Shown here: one piece after another, positions 23,853 to 33,990 of the stretch
How positions within the stretch are numbered: the first letter of the stretch is position 1
How the letters are laid out: each line of letters opens with the position of its first letter
Assembly (NCBI GenBank): GCA_963817955.1
Contig: CAWFQK010000004.1
Location: forward strand, 736,001 to 800,000
DNA length: 64,000 nt
DNA from: an uncultured Gemmatimonadaceae bacterium
GTDB taxonomy: Bacteria > Gemmatimonadota > Gemmatimonadetes > Gemmatimonadales > Gemmatimonadaceae
Direction of reading: 5' to 3'
Program-made: the position numbers and the translations under genes
The notes under the pieces: model-generated
The model's database searches: none
The model's input: only the letters and a program-made list of their open reading frames with translations
Told to the model about the DNA's origin: nothing

Positions 23853-25061
23853 TCAGCTCACCCGTGAAACGCTGAGGGCCACCGCATCGCCGCCGCCAAG
23901 GCAGAGCGTCGCGAGACCACGTTGTTTATTGCGATCCTGCAAAGCGTACAGCAGCGTCGTGAGCACGCGCGCACCGCTGGCGCCGATCGGATGCCCGAGC
24001 GCGATGGCTCCGCCGTTCACGTTCACGCGGTCCCAATTCCAATTGAGGCCGGCGCCGTTCGCCAGCGCCTGCACGGCAAACGCTTCGTTGGCTTCGATCA
24101 GATCGTAGTCGGCGATCGACGTGCCGCTCTTCTTCATCAGGTTCTGAACGGCGTGGATTGGCGCGAAGAACAGATCCTGCGGCTCGGTACCACCCGTGGC
24201 ATATGCGTCGATGCGCGCGAGAATGGTGAGCCCATGCGCCCGCGCGTACTCCTCCGACGTCACGACCACCGCCGCTCCGCCGTCGTTGAGGCTCGACGCA
24301 TTGCCCGCGGTGACCGACAGCGATTCCGGCTTCTCTTTGCCGGGAAACGCGGGGCGAAGCTTGCCGAGCGATTCAACCGTGGTGTCCTTGCGCGGGCTCT
24401 CGTCTGTATCCACGGTCGTCGGGCCTTTGCGTCCCGGAATCTGCACTGGTACGATCTCGTTCTTGAACTTCCCCGCTTCGATCGCCGCGATTGCCTTTGC
24501 GTGCGACTTGGCCGAGAACTCGTCCTGCATGTGCCGCGTGATGCCGGCCTTCTTTGCCGTGTACTCGGCGTGGCCACCCATGTGGACGTCGCAGAGCGCA
24601 CACCAGAGTCCGTCCTTGATCATGCCGTCGACGAGCGTCTGATCACCGAGCTTGACGCCGCTGCGCAATCCATAGTTGTAGTACGGCGCGTTGGACATGG
24701 ATTCCTGTCCGCCGGCCACGACAACCTGGCGATCGCCCGCCTTGATCGACTGTGCAGCAAGCATTACGGCCTTGAGACCCGAGCCGCAGACCTTGTTGAT
24801 CGTGAGCGCGGACGCGACAGCCGGCATGCCGGCCTTGAGCAGCGCCTGACGCGCTGGCGCCTGGCCAACACCGCCCTGGATCACGTTGCCCATGATCACT
24901 TCTTCAACGTCCTGGATGTCGATGCCGGCGCGCTCCACGGCGGCGCGAATAGCGATGGCGCCGAGTTCGGGCGCGGAAAGCGGGGCAAGCCCGCCGAGGA
25001 AACGTCCAATGGGGGTGCGGGCCGCCGCGACGATCACGGCCTGCCGGGATGTATCCGTCAT
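23853..25061 (-). CDS. acetyl-CoA C-acyltransferase (thiolase)
   Basis: 'INKVCGSGL', 'NEAFA', 'GHPIGASG', 'CLGGG'. Confidence 0.95.
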   Translation of the reverse strand: MTDTSRQAVIVAAARTPIGRFLGGLAPLSAPELGAIAIRAAVERAGIDIQDVEEVIMGNVIQGGVGQAPARQALLKAGMPAVASALTINKVCGSGLKAVMLAAQSIKAGDRQVVVAGGQESMSNAPYYNYGLRSGVKLGDQTLVDGMIKDGLWCALCDVHMGGHAEYTAKKAGITRHMQDEFSAKSHAKAIAAIEAGKFKNEIVPVQIPGRKGPTTVDTDESPRKDTTVESLGKLRPAFPGKEKPESLSVTAGNASSLNDGGAAVVVTSEEYARAHGLTILARIDAYATGGTEPQDLFFAPIHAVQNLMKKSGTSIADYDLIEANEAFAVQALANGAGLNWNWDRVNVNGGAIALGHPIGASGARVLTTLLYALQDRNKQRGLATLCLGGGDAVALSVSRVS

Positions 25062-25199
25062 GTGGCTGAGGCTCCGAAGCTGGAAGTTCAGCCAGAAAGC
25101 TAAGGACGACGGTTCAGCGACGCGACCGTTGGGCGTGTTCACAGCTGCTGGCCGCCCGTTTCGTCAGCGGGCGGCGTCACGCCCCCATGCGGACATTGC

Positions 25200-26033
25200 C
25201 TACATGGACGTCCAGATCAACACGAGCACCTGACTCGCGTTTTGCGCGCCGCCAGAACTGAACATGTTTGGGCCTCCGCGCGTCATGTTGTACTCGGCTG
25301 GACGATTGTGACGATAGACCTCGACGCCAATCACCAGTTCTGCGGGATAGCTCTGAACGGTATTGTAGTCCACTGCAAAGCGATCGAGCTGGAACTCGAC
25401 CCCCTTGTCGTCATGGAATCCGTACCAGGCAAGAATGTCCGCTACGGTTTGCGGCTTCCGGCGCAATATCTCCTGACGGTCGACGAACGTTCCGGTGCCC
25501 TCAAACCGATGCCGGTCGAGGTAGCCAACGCGGTTCAGGCGTGCGTTCACCTTATCGACGGAGGTGGCGGTGACCTGCACCTTGGCGAGCACCTGCGACG
25601 CCACATCCATGACGATCGATGTCGATACGGTCGTACTGTCGACCACGACAAAACCGCGCACGGGGCTCAATCCAACGCGGCGCACCTCGAAGATGTACCG
25701 GCCCGGCACAAGCGAGCGAATGGCGAAATTGCCACCCGAATCGCTGACGCCGAGGCGCGATCGGGTGGTGTCGACAAACGCCTCGAGGGAGTCGGGCGTG
25801 TTGGGCTGCGTGACCCGGATGCTGTCGATGTAGAACAACCGGATGTCGGCGGAGCGAACGCCGGAGTCATCGTTCGCGTTCCGGACCTGGCCAATGAATG
25901 CGGCACGAGCCCCCACGGCGGCCGGCCTGCTCGCCGAATCCGGTAGTTGCGCATAGAGCGCGACGGCTGGAGTGACGGCTGGCGTGACGGCAAGCGCAAT
26001 AGCGAGAGAAACCTGACGGGCAAGCGATAGCAT
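25200..26033 (-). CDS. secreted carboxypeptidase-regulatory-like domain protein
   Basis: Signal peptide, 'SDSGGNFAIRSLVPGRYIFEVRRVG', and a plug-like C-terminus 'GVEVYR'. Confidence 0.65.
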   Translation of the reverse strand: MLSLARQVSLAIALAVTPAVTPAVALYAQLPDSASRPAAVGARAAFIGQVRNANDDSGVRSADIRLFYIDSIRVTQPNTPDSLEAFVDTTRSRLGVSDSGGNFAIRSLVPGRYIFEVRRVGLSPVRGFVVVDSTTVSTSIVMDVASQVLAKVQVTATSVDKVNARLNRVGYLDRHRFEGTGTFVDRQEILRRKPQTVADILAWYGFHDDKGVEFQLDRFAVDYNTVQSYPAELVIGVEVYRHNRPAEYNMTRGGPNMFSSGGAQNASQVLVLIWTSM

Positions 26034-26190
26034 GATTGCGTCTCTCGACGGCGGGTGTTCCAGGCGTTCATGTATACAATTATGCGACCGTCGCGTCAAG
26101 GCTCACGTTCGGAGCGATCGCAGAACGCTCTTGACAGAAGACGCGAGAGGATACCATGGTTCCATACAGACTCTCCATAGAGACACCAGA

Positions 26191-26547
26191 ATGTCACGCC
26201 TGCCGGTCCTCAAGGGAACGCTCGACCTCCTCGTCCTCCGCGCGCTGAGCTGGACGCCGATGCACGGATTCGAGATCGTCACGTGGCTCGAACGGGCCGC
26301 CAATGGGGCACTCGACGTCGACGATTCCGCGCTGTACCAGGCCGTCTATCGCCTGGAGGAGCGCGGGCTGCTCGAGGCGGAATGGGGCATCACGGCGAAC
26401 AACCGGCGCGCGCGCTACTACAAGCTCACGGCCAACGGTCGCGCGCACCTCCGCGCCGAGACAAAGAGCTGGGTGCAGTACGCGGACACCGTGACGAGCA
26501 TCCTCACCGCTGGCAAGGACGCCCTGCCCGCGCGGGCGAAAGGATGA
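26191..26547 (+). CDS. PadR-family transcriptional regulator (acidobacterial type)
   Basis: 'LKGTLDLLVLRAL', 'ALYQAVYRLE', 'EWG.TANNRRARYYKLT'. Confidence 0.92.
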   Translation: MSRLPVLKGTLDLLVLRALSWTPMHGFEIVTWLERAANGALDVDDSALYQAVYRLEERGLLEAEWGITANNRRARYYKLTANGRAHLRAETKSWVQYADTVTSILTAGKDALPARAKG

Positions 26548-29189
26548 TTCGCGGCGGCGTACGACGGTTCTTCCACCTCGCCCTTCGACGGCGCGACCGT
26601 TGGGAGCGCGAGGTGGAGGACGAGATCAAACTACACCTCGCGCTTCGCGCCGAGCAGTTCGTGGCGCACGGCGCCACACCAGACGAAGCATGCCGCGAAG
26701 CCATGCGCCGCTTTGGGCCATTGGATGAATCACGCGCCCGGCTACTCGACGCCGCGCGCCACCGGGAGCAGCACATGCGACGCACCGAGTATCTGTCCGA
26801 CCTGTGGCAGGATCTGACGTTCGCCGTTCGCACGCTGCGGCGCGAGCGCGCGTGGACCGTGGTGGTGATCCTCACGTTGGCGCTCGGCATAGGCGCCACC
26901 ACGGCGGTCTTCAGCGTGGTGAGCAGCCTCATGCTGCATCCGCTGCCGTATCCGAACGCCGACCGCGTGATGCTGGTGGCGCAGCAGCCCACGACGGGCA
27001 ACATGACGGGGATCCAAGTGTCCGTCGACGCGCCGCCACCCTTGATAAAGGCATGGCGCAGCGGAGCGCGGTCGTTCGAATCGCTCGAGCCGTTCCGCCC
27101 GTTCAACACGCTCATGCAGACGAACGGCGAGCCCTCCCAGCTCAGGGCCGCGCAGACGTTGCCGAGCTTTGCCACCTTCGCGGGACAACGCGCTCTCCAT
27201 GGCCGCCTGTACGACGCGGGCGACATCGAGCGGCGAGATCACGTCGTCGTGTTATCGGAGCAGCTCTGGGTTTCGCGTTTCGGGGCCGACGCCTCAGTCA
27301 TCGGCAAGCGTATCACGCTGGACGATAGCATCTACACGGTGATCGGCATCGCGCCCGCGGCGCTGCGGCTGCCAACGATCGGGCTCCTTCCAACCGACGT
27401 CTGGCTTCCACTCGACCTCGGCAAATCACTCTATGGAATTCGGAACGTGGGGCGTCTCCGGACTGGCGTGACGCCGACGGCCGCCGCCCGCGAGCTCGAT
27501 TCTCTGTCGCTGCGATCCGGCGTCTATCCCGGCCCCAAGCTACCGCTCGTCGCGACCGTCACGCCGCCCGCCCGACTCATCAGCTTTCGCGAGTCGCTGA
27601 TGATGCTCAGCGCCGCCGTGGCTCTGGTGCTGCTGGTCGCGTGCGCCAACGTCGCGCATTTGCTGCTGGCGCGCGCCGCGGCGCGTCATCGCGAGTTGGC
27701 CATTCGCGCCGCGCTCGGCGCCGGCCGGCGGCGCCTGTTCCGCCAACTGCTCACGGAAAGCCTGATGCTCTCGCTGGCTGGCGCCGCGCTGGGCGTATTC
27801 GTTGGATGGATTGGACTGCGCGCCATGCTGCTGCTCCGCCCAGCCGAATTGCGCGAGCTCCGCGCCGCCCATCTCGACGGAACCACGGTGATCGTCGCTG
27901 TAAGCGTCGCGGTGCTCTGCGGCATTGCCTTTGGTGTGCTGGGTGCGTTCCAGTCGGCACGCCAATCGACGCACGACGCGCTGAAGTCGGGGGCCTTGTC
28001 GGCGTCACACTCTCGCCGCCATGATCGTCTTCGCGCGCTACTCGTCGTCAGTGAAATGGCCCTATCGGGCGTGCTGATGGTGGGCGCCGCACTGCTCGTG
28101 CGTAGCGTGATCAACATGCGACAGACCGATCTCGGATTCGAGCCACGCGGTCTGTACGCCATCAGTCTCTCGCTGCCCAGTTCACGATACGCGACGCCGG
28201 CCTCCCGCGAGAGCTTCGTGCAGGAGTTGACGACGCGGCTGCATGGACTGCGAGGAGTGCGGGACATTGCCATGGCGGGGGTCGCTCCCGGCTCGTTCAC
28301 TTTCATTCTTGGCACGCTCGAAATCGAGGGCGAGCCAGCGCCGCCGGCCAACAGCTCGGCGTACATCGCCGACAACAACGTGGAGCCAGCGTTCTTCCGG
28401 ACGATGGGGATTCGATTCGTGGAGGGTGGCGTGTTCACCGACACGAGCAAGACGTCCAACCAAATCGTTGTCAACAATGGGTTTGCACGGAAGCACTGGC
28501 CTCGAGGTGGGGTGGAGGGGCATCGGCTGCGAGTGGTTTACGGGGGCCAGGGCAACTGGATGACCATCGTTGGCGTGGTGGCTGACGCAATGGTCGGCGG
28601 TCCGGTTCGAGAGACGTCGGCACCAATGTTGTATTCTACCGGTGACCACCAATACCTCCGGGCGATTCTCATTCGCACCGACGGCACCGCGGACCCACTG
28701 ACGCCAATACGATCGCTGCTCCGATCGATGGATCCGCACATGATGTCCAGCGACGTATCCAGTATCGAGCAGATGATGGGGAACTCGATCGCGGAACCCC
28801 GGTTCACGATGGTGTTGTTGACCGCGTTCACGGGACTGGCGCTACTGCTCGCGGCGATCGGCCTGTACGGCGTCATGTCCTATTCCGTCGCGCAGCGCAC
28901 CCGCGAGATCGGCATTCGCATCGCGCTCGGCGCCACCCGCAGCAACATCGCGAGCGTCGTGGTGGTGCGCGGATTGATCCTGACCGCACTGGGCGCGGCG
29001 GCGGGCCTCGCCGGAGCCTATTGGGGCACGCGCATGCTCGGCGATCTCCTGTACGGCGTCACGCCACTCGACCTGCCATCGTTCGCCGTCGGCGCAGGAG
29101 TGCTCTTTGCGGCGGCAGTCCTCGCGTGCCTGGTACCAATGCGGCGAGCCGTACGAGTCGATCCAATCGCGGCGATACGGACGGAGTGA
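26544..29189 (+). CDS. duplicated ABC-type permease (ADOP/MacB-FtsX family)
   Basis: 'LALGIGATTAVFS', 'ACANVA', 'RELAIRAALGA', 'VAQRTREIGIRIALGA'. ATGA overlap with the PadR gene. Confidence 0.92.
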   Translation: MIRGGVRRFFHLALRRRDRWEREVEDEIKLHLALRAEQFVAHGATPDEACREAMRRFGPLDESRARLLDAARHREQHMRRTEYLSDLWQDLTFAVRTLRRERAWTVVVILTLALGIGATTAVFSVVSSLMLHPLPYPNADRVMLVAQQPTTGNMTGIQVSVDAPPPLIKAWRSGARSFESLEPFRPFNTLMQTNGEPSQLRAAQTLPSFATFAGQRALHGRLYDAGDIERRDHVVVLSEQLWVSRFGADASVIGKRITLDDSIYTVIGIAPAALRLPTIGLLPTDVWLPLDLGKSLYGIRNVGRLRTGVTPTAAARELDSLSLRSGVYPGPKLPLVATVTPPARLISFRESLMMLSAAVALVLLVACANVAHLLLARAAARHRELAIRAALGAGRRRLFRQLLTESLMLSLAGAALGVFVGWIGLRAMLLLRPAELRELRAAHLDGTTVIVAVSVAVLCGIAFGVLGAFQSARQSTHDALKSGALSASHSRRHDRLRALLVVSEMALSGVLMVGAALLVRSVINMRQTDLGFEPRGLYAISLSLPSSRYATPASRESFVQELTTRLHGLRGVRDIAMAGVAPGSFTFILGTLEIEGEPAPPANSSAYIADNNVEPAFFRTMGIRFVEGGVFTDTSKTSNQIVVNNGFARKHWPRGGVEGHRLRVVYGGQGNWMTIVGVVADAMVGGPVRETSAPMLYSTGDHQYLRAILIRTDGTADPLTPIRSLLRSMDPHMMSSDVSSIEQMMGNSIAEPRFTMVLLTAFTGLALLLAAIGLYGVMSYSVAQRTREIGIRIALGATRSNIASVVVVRGLILTALGAAAGLAGAYWGTRMLGDLLYGVTPLDLPSFAVGAGVLFAAAVLACLVPMRRAVRVDPIAAIRTE

Positions 29190-29194
29190 GATGA

Positions 29195-29545
29195 GACACG
29201 GGACACGGGACAACGGCTGACTGCGTGCTAACTGCGCTAACTGCGGGCTTGGGCTCCGGGTGGTGACCGGCTGGATGTCGCTGGCTGCTCCGTAGCGGTC
29301 GGCCCACCGGTCGGCGAGTTTCGAGTTGCCAGTTGTGAGTGATGCGTTGCGCGTTTTAAAAAACGCACAACTCACAACTCACAACTGGACACCCGAACCT
29401 CGCCGACCGGCGATAGTGGCCTGCGAACCAGGCGCCCTGGTGCGCATGACCCGTATACTGACAACTCACAACTGCCAACTGATCACTGATCACTGATCAG
29501 TGATCCCCCGCGACGCCTGTCGTCCCGCGCGAACCCTGTCATCCC
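29195..29545. repeat. Left arm of long inverted repeat
   Basis: Near-exact reverse complement of 31473-31851. Contains GGGACAC, CACAACT and TGATCAC heptamer runs and an internal hairpin at 29307-29410. Confidence 0.9.
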
Positions 29546-29713
29546 CGGGTCACAACAACCACGGGACACGGGACTGCCGTACCTCTCTACTAGTACTAAC
29601 GCTGAAACGTTCAAAACATGTCGGTTATTGGTCAATCAGTCATATTGACCCTTGCGCTGCCCCCCCAATTTCGGAACTAATATATAGGACTACGACCATC
29701 GCCCGACGCTCGG

Positions 29714-31182
29714 GTGGCGAGGCGGGATCGATCGTGGCGAGATCGAAGTCGATCGTGGCGAGATGGGATCGATCGTGGCGAGATGGGATCGATCGTGGCG
29801 AGATGGAATGCGATCGCGCCGAGATCGACTTCGATCGCGCCGAGATGGAATGCGATCGTGCCGAGATGGGATCGATCGTGCCGAGATGGAATGCGATTCC
29901 GCCGAGACGGAATGCGATCGCACCGAGATGGAATGCGATCGCGCCGAGACGGAATGCGATCGCGTCGAGATGGAATGCGATCGCGCCGAGACGGAATGCG
30001 ATCGTGGCGAGATGGAATGCGATCTCGCCGAGATGGAATGCGATCGTGGCGAGACGGAATGCGATCGCGCCGAAATCGGAATGCGATCGTGGCGAGATGG
30101 GATCGATCACACCGAGATCGAATTCGATCGTGGCGAGATGGGATCGATCACGCCGAGATCGAATTCGATCGCGTCGAGATGGGATCGATCGTGCCGAGAT
30201 CGAATTCGATCGTGCCGAGATGGGATCGATCGTGCCGAGATCGAATTCGATCGCGTCGAGATGGAATGCGATCGCGCCGAGATCGAACGCGAGCCTGTCG
30301 ACCGAGCATCGCAACCCGGCGACATGGCATTGCAACGCGGCAAGTTGGCACCCCAACGCGCCAAGCAAGGATCGTCGCGTGTCCAGATCGGATCGCAACG
30401 GATCGAGCGAGGATCCCAGCGCGGCGAGCCAGGATCCTCGCCTTGCTAGCAGGCATCGCAACGGGCCGAGGAGGGAGGCGATCGCGGCGAGATCGCATCG
30501 CATCGCCGCGAGGCGACTCTCTTGCGTGCCGAGACAGCAGCGCCCGATGCCGAGCTGCTTTCCGAGCGCATCGAGCTGAGATCGCAACTCGGCGAGAGAG
30601 CACTCAAACTCGCCGAGACGCAATCGGAGCGCGTCGAGACGGCACCCGAACTCGTCGAGACGCCATCGGAGCGCGTCGAGACGGCACCCCAACCCTTCGA
30701 GATCCCATCCTAACCCATCGAGACGGCACCTCAACCCTTGAGATCCCATCCTAACCCATCGAGACGGCACCTCACCCTCGAGATCCATCCAACCCTCGAC
30801 AGCACCTCCGGGCACCCTAACTCATTGAGCGGGTACCCCAACCCGTCGAGACGAGACCTCAACTCGGAGAGCTGCCACTCCAACGCATTGAGCCGTCAGC
30901 CGAACGCGTCGAGCGGCCACTGTAGCGCGTCGACACGGCACTGCAACTCGGCGAGACGCTACTCCAACTCGCTGAGACGACACCCCAACGCTCCGAGACG
31001 ATATCCCAACGCAGGGAGGCGACATCGCAACTCCCCGAGCCGACTCGCAACTCCCCGAGGCGACATCGCAACTCCCTGAGACGACATCGCAACTCCCCGA
31101 GGCGACATCGCAACTCCCTGAGACGACATCGCAACTCCCTGAGACGACATCGCAACTCCCTAAGACGACATCGCAACCGCCC
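29714..31182. repeat. 20/21-nt periodic tandem array (several sub-blocks)
   Basis: Block A (29714-30290): CGAGATGGAATGCGATCGYNN mixed with 20-nt CGAGATGGGATCGATCGTGN units. Degenerate middle. Block C (~31015-31180): GAGRCGACATCGCAACTCCCY. Confidence 0.9.
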
Positions 31183-31278
31183 GAGGCGGTTGCTCCCAGT
31201 TTTCGACCCCGGCGCATCGGGCGCCCGTCGGTATGCAGGTCCATTTCGGCGCCCCGTTGGCCGCGGACACGAGGCGCC

Positions 31279-31510
31279 TGTCATCCTGAGCGACGCCGTA
31301 TCAATCTGAGCGAACCGTAGGATCTCGTGACCAGCCGGCTTCGACCCCCGAATGGAGAATCGCCTCTCGCGTTCGACCTATACGTGCTTCTCTCCGCAGT
31401 TCTCTGCAGTTCTCTGCGACCTCTACCGTTGAAATGCTGTTCTGTCGGTCACAGAGATCCTTCGCTTCGCTCAGGATGACAGGGCTTCGCGCAGGATGAC
31501 AGGGCTTCGC
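31279..31510. repeat. Partial REP/MITE copy nested inside the long-IR element
   Basis: GTCATCCTGAGCG...GGATCTCGTGACC at left; GCAGTTCTCTGCAG and GTCACAGAGATCCTTCGCTTCGCTCAGGATGACAGG at right. Confidence 0.8.
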
Positions 31511-31851
31511 GGATGATCAGTGATCAGTTGTGAGTTGTCAGTTGTGAGTTGTCAGTATACGGGTCATGCGCACCAGGGTGCCTGGCTCGCCGGCCACTAT
31601 CGCCGGTCGGCGAGGTTCGGGTGTCCAGTTGTGAGTCGTGAGTTGTGAGTTGCTAAAAACGCATAACGCATAACTCACAACTGGCAACTCGAAACTCGCC
31701 GACCGGTGGGCCGACCGCTACGGAGCAGCCAGCGACATCCAGCCGGTCACCACCCGGAGCCCAAGCCCGCAGTTAGCACGCAGTTAGCACGCAGTTAGCA
31801 CGCAGTTAGCCCGCAGTCAGCCGTTGTCCCGTGTCCCGTGTCCCGTGTCCC
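31473..31851. repeat. Right arm of long inverted repeat
   Basis: Reverse complement of 29195-29545, with different copy numbers of GCAGTTAGCAC and GTGTCCC units. Ends at the thrS stop codon. Confidence 0.9.
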
Positions 31852-33813
31852 TTACCCGTGCGCAGCCAGTACCAGCGCTCGCGTCGCATTCTCTTCCGCG
31901 ACCCTCTCCACGAACGTATCGAGCGGAATCGAGTTCGGCTTCTGCTCCTTCCCCGCCCCGCGCACGTTCACCGCGACGGTGCCGAGTTCGGCCTCGCGCC
32001 TTCCCACCACGATCATGTACGGCACCTTCATGCGCGCGCCTTCCGCCACCCGGTACTTGAGCGTCTCCGACCGCGCGTCGAGATGCACGCGTACGCCCGC
32101 CGCGTGCAAGCGTTTCGTGACCTCCTCGGCGTACGCACGGTAATCGTCGGTGATCGGCAGCACCCGCACCTGTTCCGGCGAGAGCCAGACGGGAAACGCA
32201 CCGGCGAAATGCTCGATGAGAATGGCAATGAACCGTTCGATCGATCCACTCACCGCACGATGGATCACCACCGGCCGGTGGGCGTTGTTGTCGTCGCCCA
32301 CGTACGTGAGATCGAACCGTTCCGGCGCGTTGTAGTCGAGCTGGATGGTGCCGAGCTGCCAGGGACGGCCGATCGAGTCCATGACATCGAAATCGATCTT
32401 GGGTCCGTAGAACGCGCCGTCGCCGGGCTTGAGCTCGTATTCCATTCCCGTCGCTTCGAGCGCGGCGCGGAGCGAGGCCTCGGCGCGATCCCACATCTCG
32501 TCGGTGCCGATTCGCACCTCGGGCCGCGTCGCGAACTTGAGCTTGGCCGTGAGACCGAACGTCTGCGTAGTAGTCGAGGATGAAGCGCAGCAGAAAGTGC
32601 ACTTCATCCTTGATCTGGTCTTCCGCGAGGAAGACGTGGCAGTCGTCCTGCTGGAACTGACGCACGCGCGTGAGGCCCGACAGCGCGCCGGTCACTTCGT
32701 TCCGGTGCAGCACGTCAAACGTCACGAAGCGCAGCGGGAGCTCGCGGTAGGAGTGCTTCTTCGTCTGGTACATCAGATAGTGCGACGGACAGTTCATGGG
32801 CTTGAGCGAGAACTCGTGCTCGCCCGTCTCGTTGTCGAGCACGAGGAACATGTTCTCGCGGTACTTGCCCCAGTGGCCGGAGATCTCCCACAGCCCCTTG
32901 TTGTACAGGAGCGGCGTCTTGATCTCGCGGAAGTCGTCGCGCTGGCGCTCGCGGATGAAATCCTGAATCGCGTTGAACAGCGATGGTGCCACGCTCCGTC
33001 CAGAACACGGCGCCGGGCGCGAACTGGTGGATCATGAACAGGTCGAGCTGTCGGCCGACCACGCGGTGGTCGCGCTTCCGCGCTTCCTCGATACGCTGGA
33101 GGTACGCGTCGAGCTCGTCCTTCTTGAAGAACGCCGTCCCGTAGATGCGCTGCAGCATCTGGCGCTTGGAATCGCCCCGCCAGTAGGCGCCGGCGGTATG
33201 CAGTCAGCTTGAAGTGCTTGAGGCGCGACGTATCGGGCACGTGCGGACCGCGGCACAGATCGATGAACGGTCCGTCCGTGTACGTCGAGATGATCTCATG
33301 GTCGCCGAGCTCGGACAGCCGCTCGAGCTTGAGCGGATCGTCGGCAAAGCGCTGTTGCGCCTCACTGCGACTCACCTCTTTGCGCACGAACGGCAACTTC
33401 TCCGCCGCAACCTTCCGCATCTCGTTCTCGAATGACGCGAGATCCTCGGGCGTGAACGGCTGCGCGACTTCGAAGTCGTAGTAGAAACCTTCGTCGATCG
33501 ACGGACCGAAGCCGATCTTGGCGTCCGGGCGCAGCCGACGGACGGCCGTCGCGAGGATGTGCGCCGCCGAGTGCCGGAGCACGTCAAGCGCCGGGGCATC
33601 GCGATCGGTCAGCACCCGAAATGTGCCGCTCACACGCAGTGGCGTCACGAGGTCCTGAAGCGTGTCGTTCACCTCCACCGCGACCGCGGCCTGAAGCAAA
33701 CGTTCACCAATCGATTTGACGACCTCGGACGGCAGGGTTCCTGACGCCACGGTGCGCTGCGATCCATCAGGCAGCGTCAGCGTGAGCATCGCTTCGGATG
33801 GGCGATCAATCAT
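31852..33813 (-). CDS. thrS: threonine--tRNA ligase (two apparent frameshifts)
   Basis: 'RHSAAH', 'DLCRGPH', 'RDHR', 'KPMNCP', '[11 protein letters not shown]', 'QLGTIQLD'. Confidence 0.95.
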
Positions 33814-33990
33814 GTGGTTTAGACGGATGATTTGCCATCCAAGCGGGTGGAGAGTTTTCGCAGAGAATGCGCTCTCCAACACGTACTCCAGATGGCCTTG
33901 TTCTTGCACCGCGAGCGACGCGAGCACTCGCGCGATCTGTCTGCGTAAACTATCCTTCTGCAACAACCTCCGCCACAGGGCTCAGTCTCT

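Noticed and set aside
26131..26157. sigma70 promoter TTGACA...TACCAT for padR
   Set aside because: The spacer is only 15 nt. Plausible but not well enough supported.
29500..30815. Long ORFs in all frames over the array called as real proteins
   Set aside because: Openness follows from the stop-free repeat unit. There is no clear RBS or start, and 20-nt units shift the frame.
29714..31182. CRISPR array
   Set aside because: Units are contiguous 20-21-mers with no unique spacers, and no cas genes are present in the window.
31852..33813. thrS pseudogene or programmed frameshift
   Set aside because: Essential gene with all motifs intact. Similar indels in other genes indicate sequencing error.
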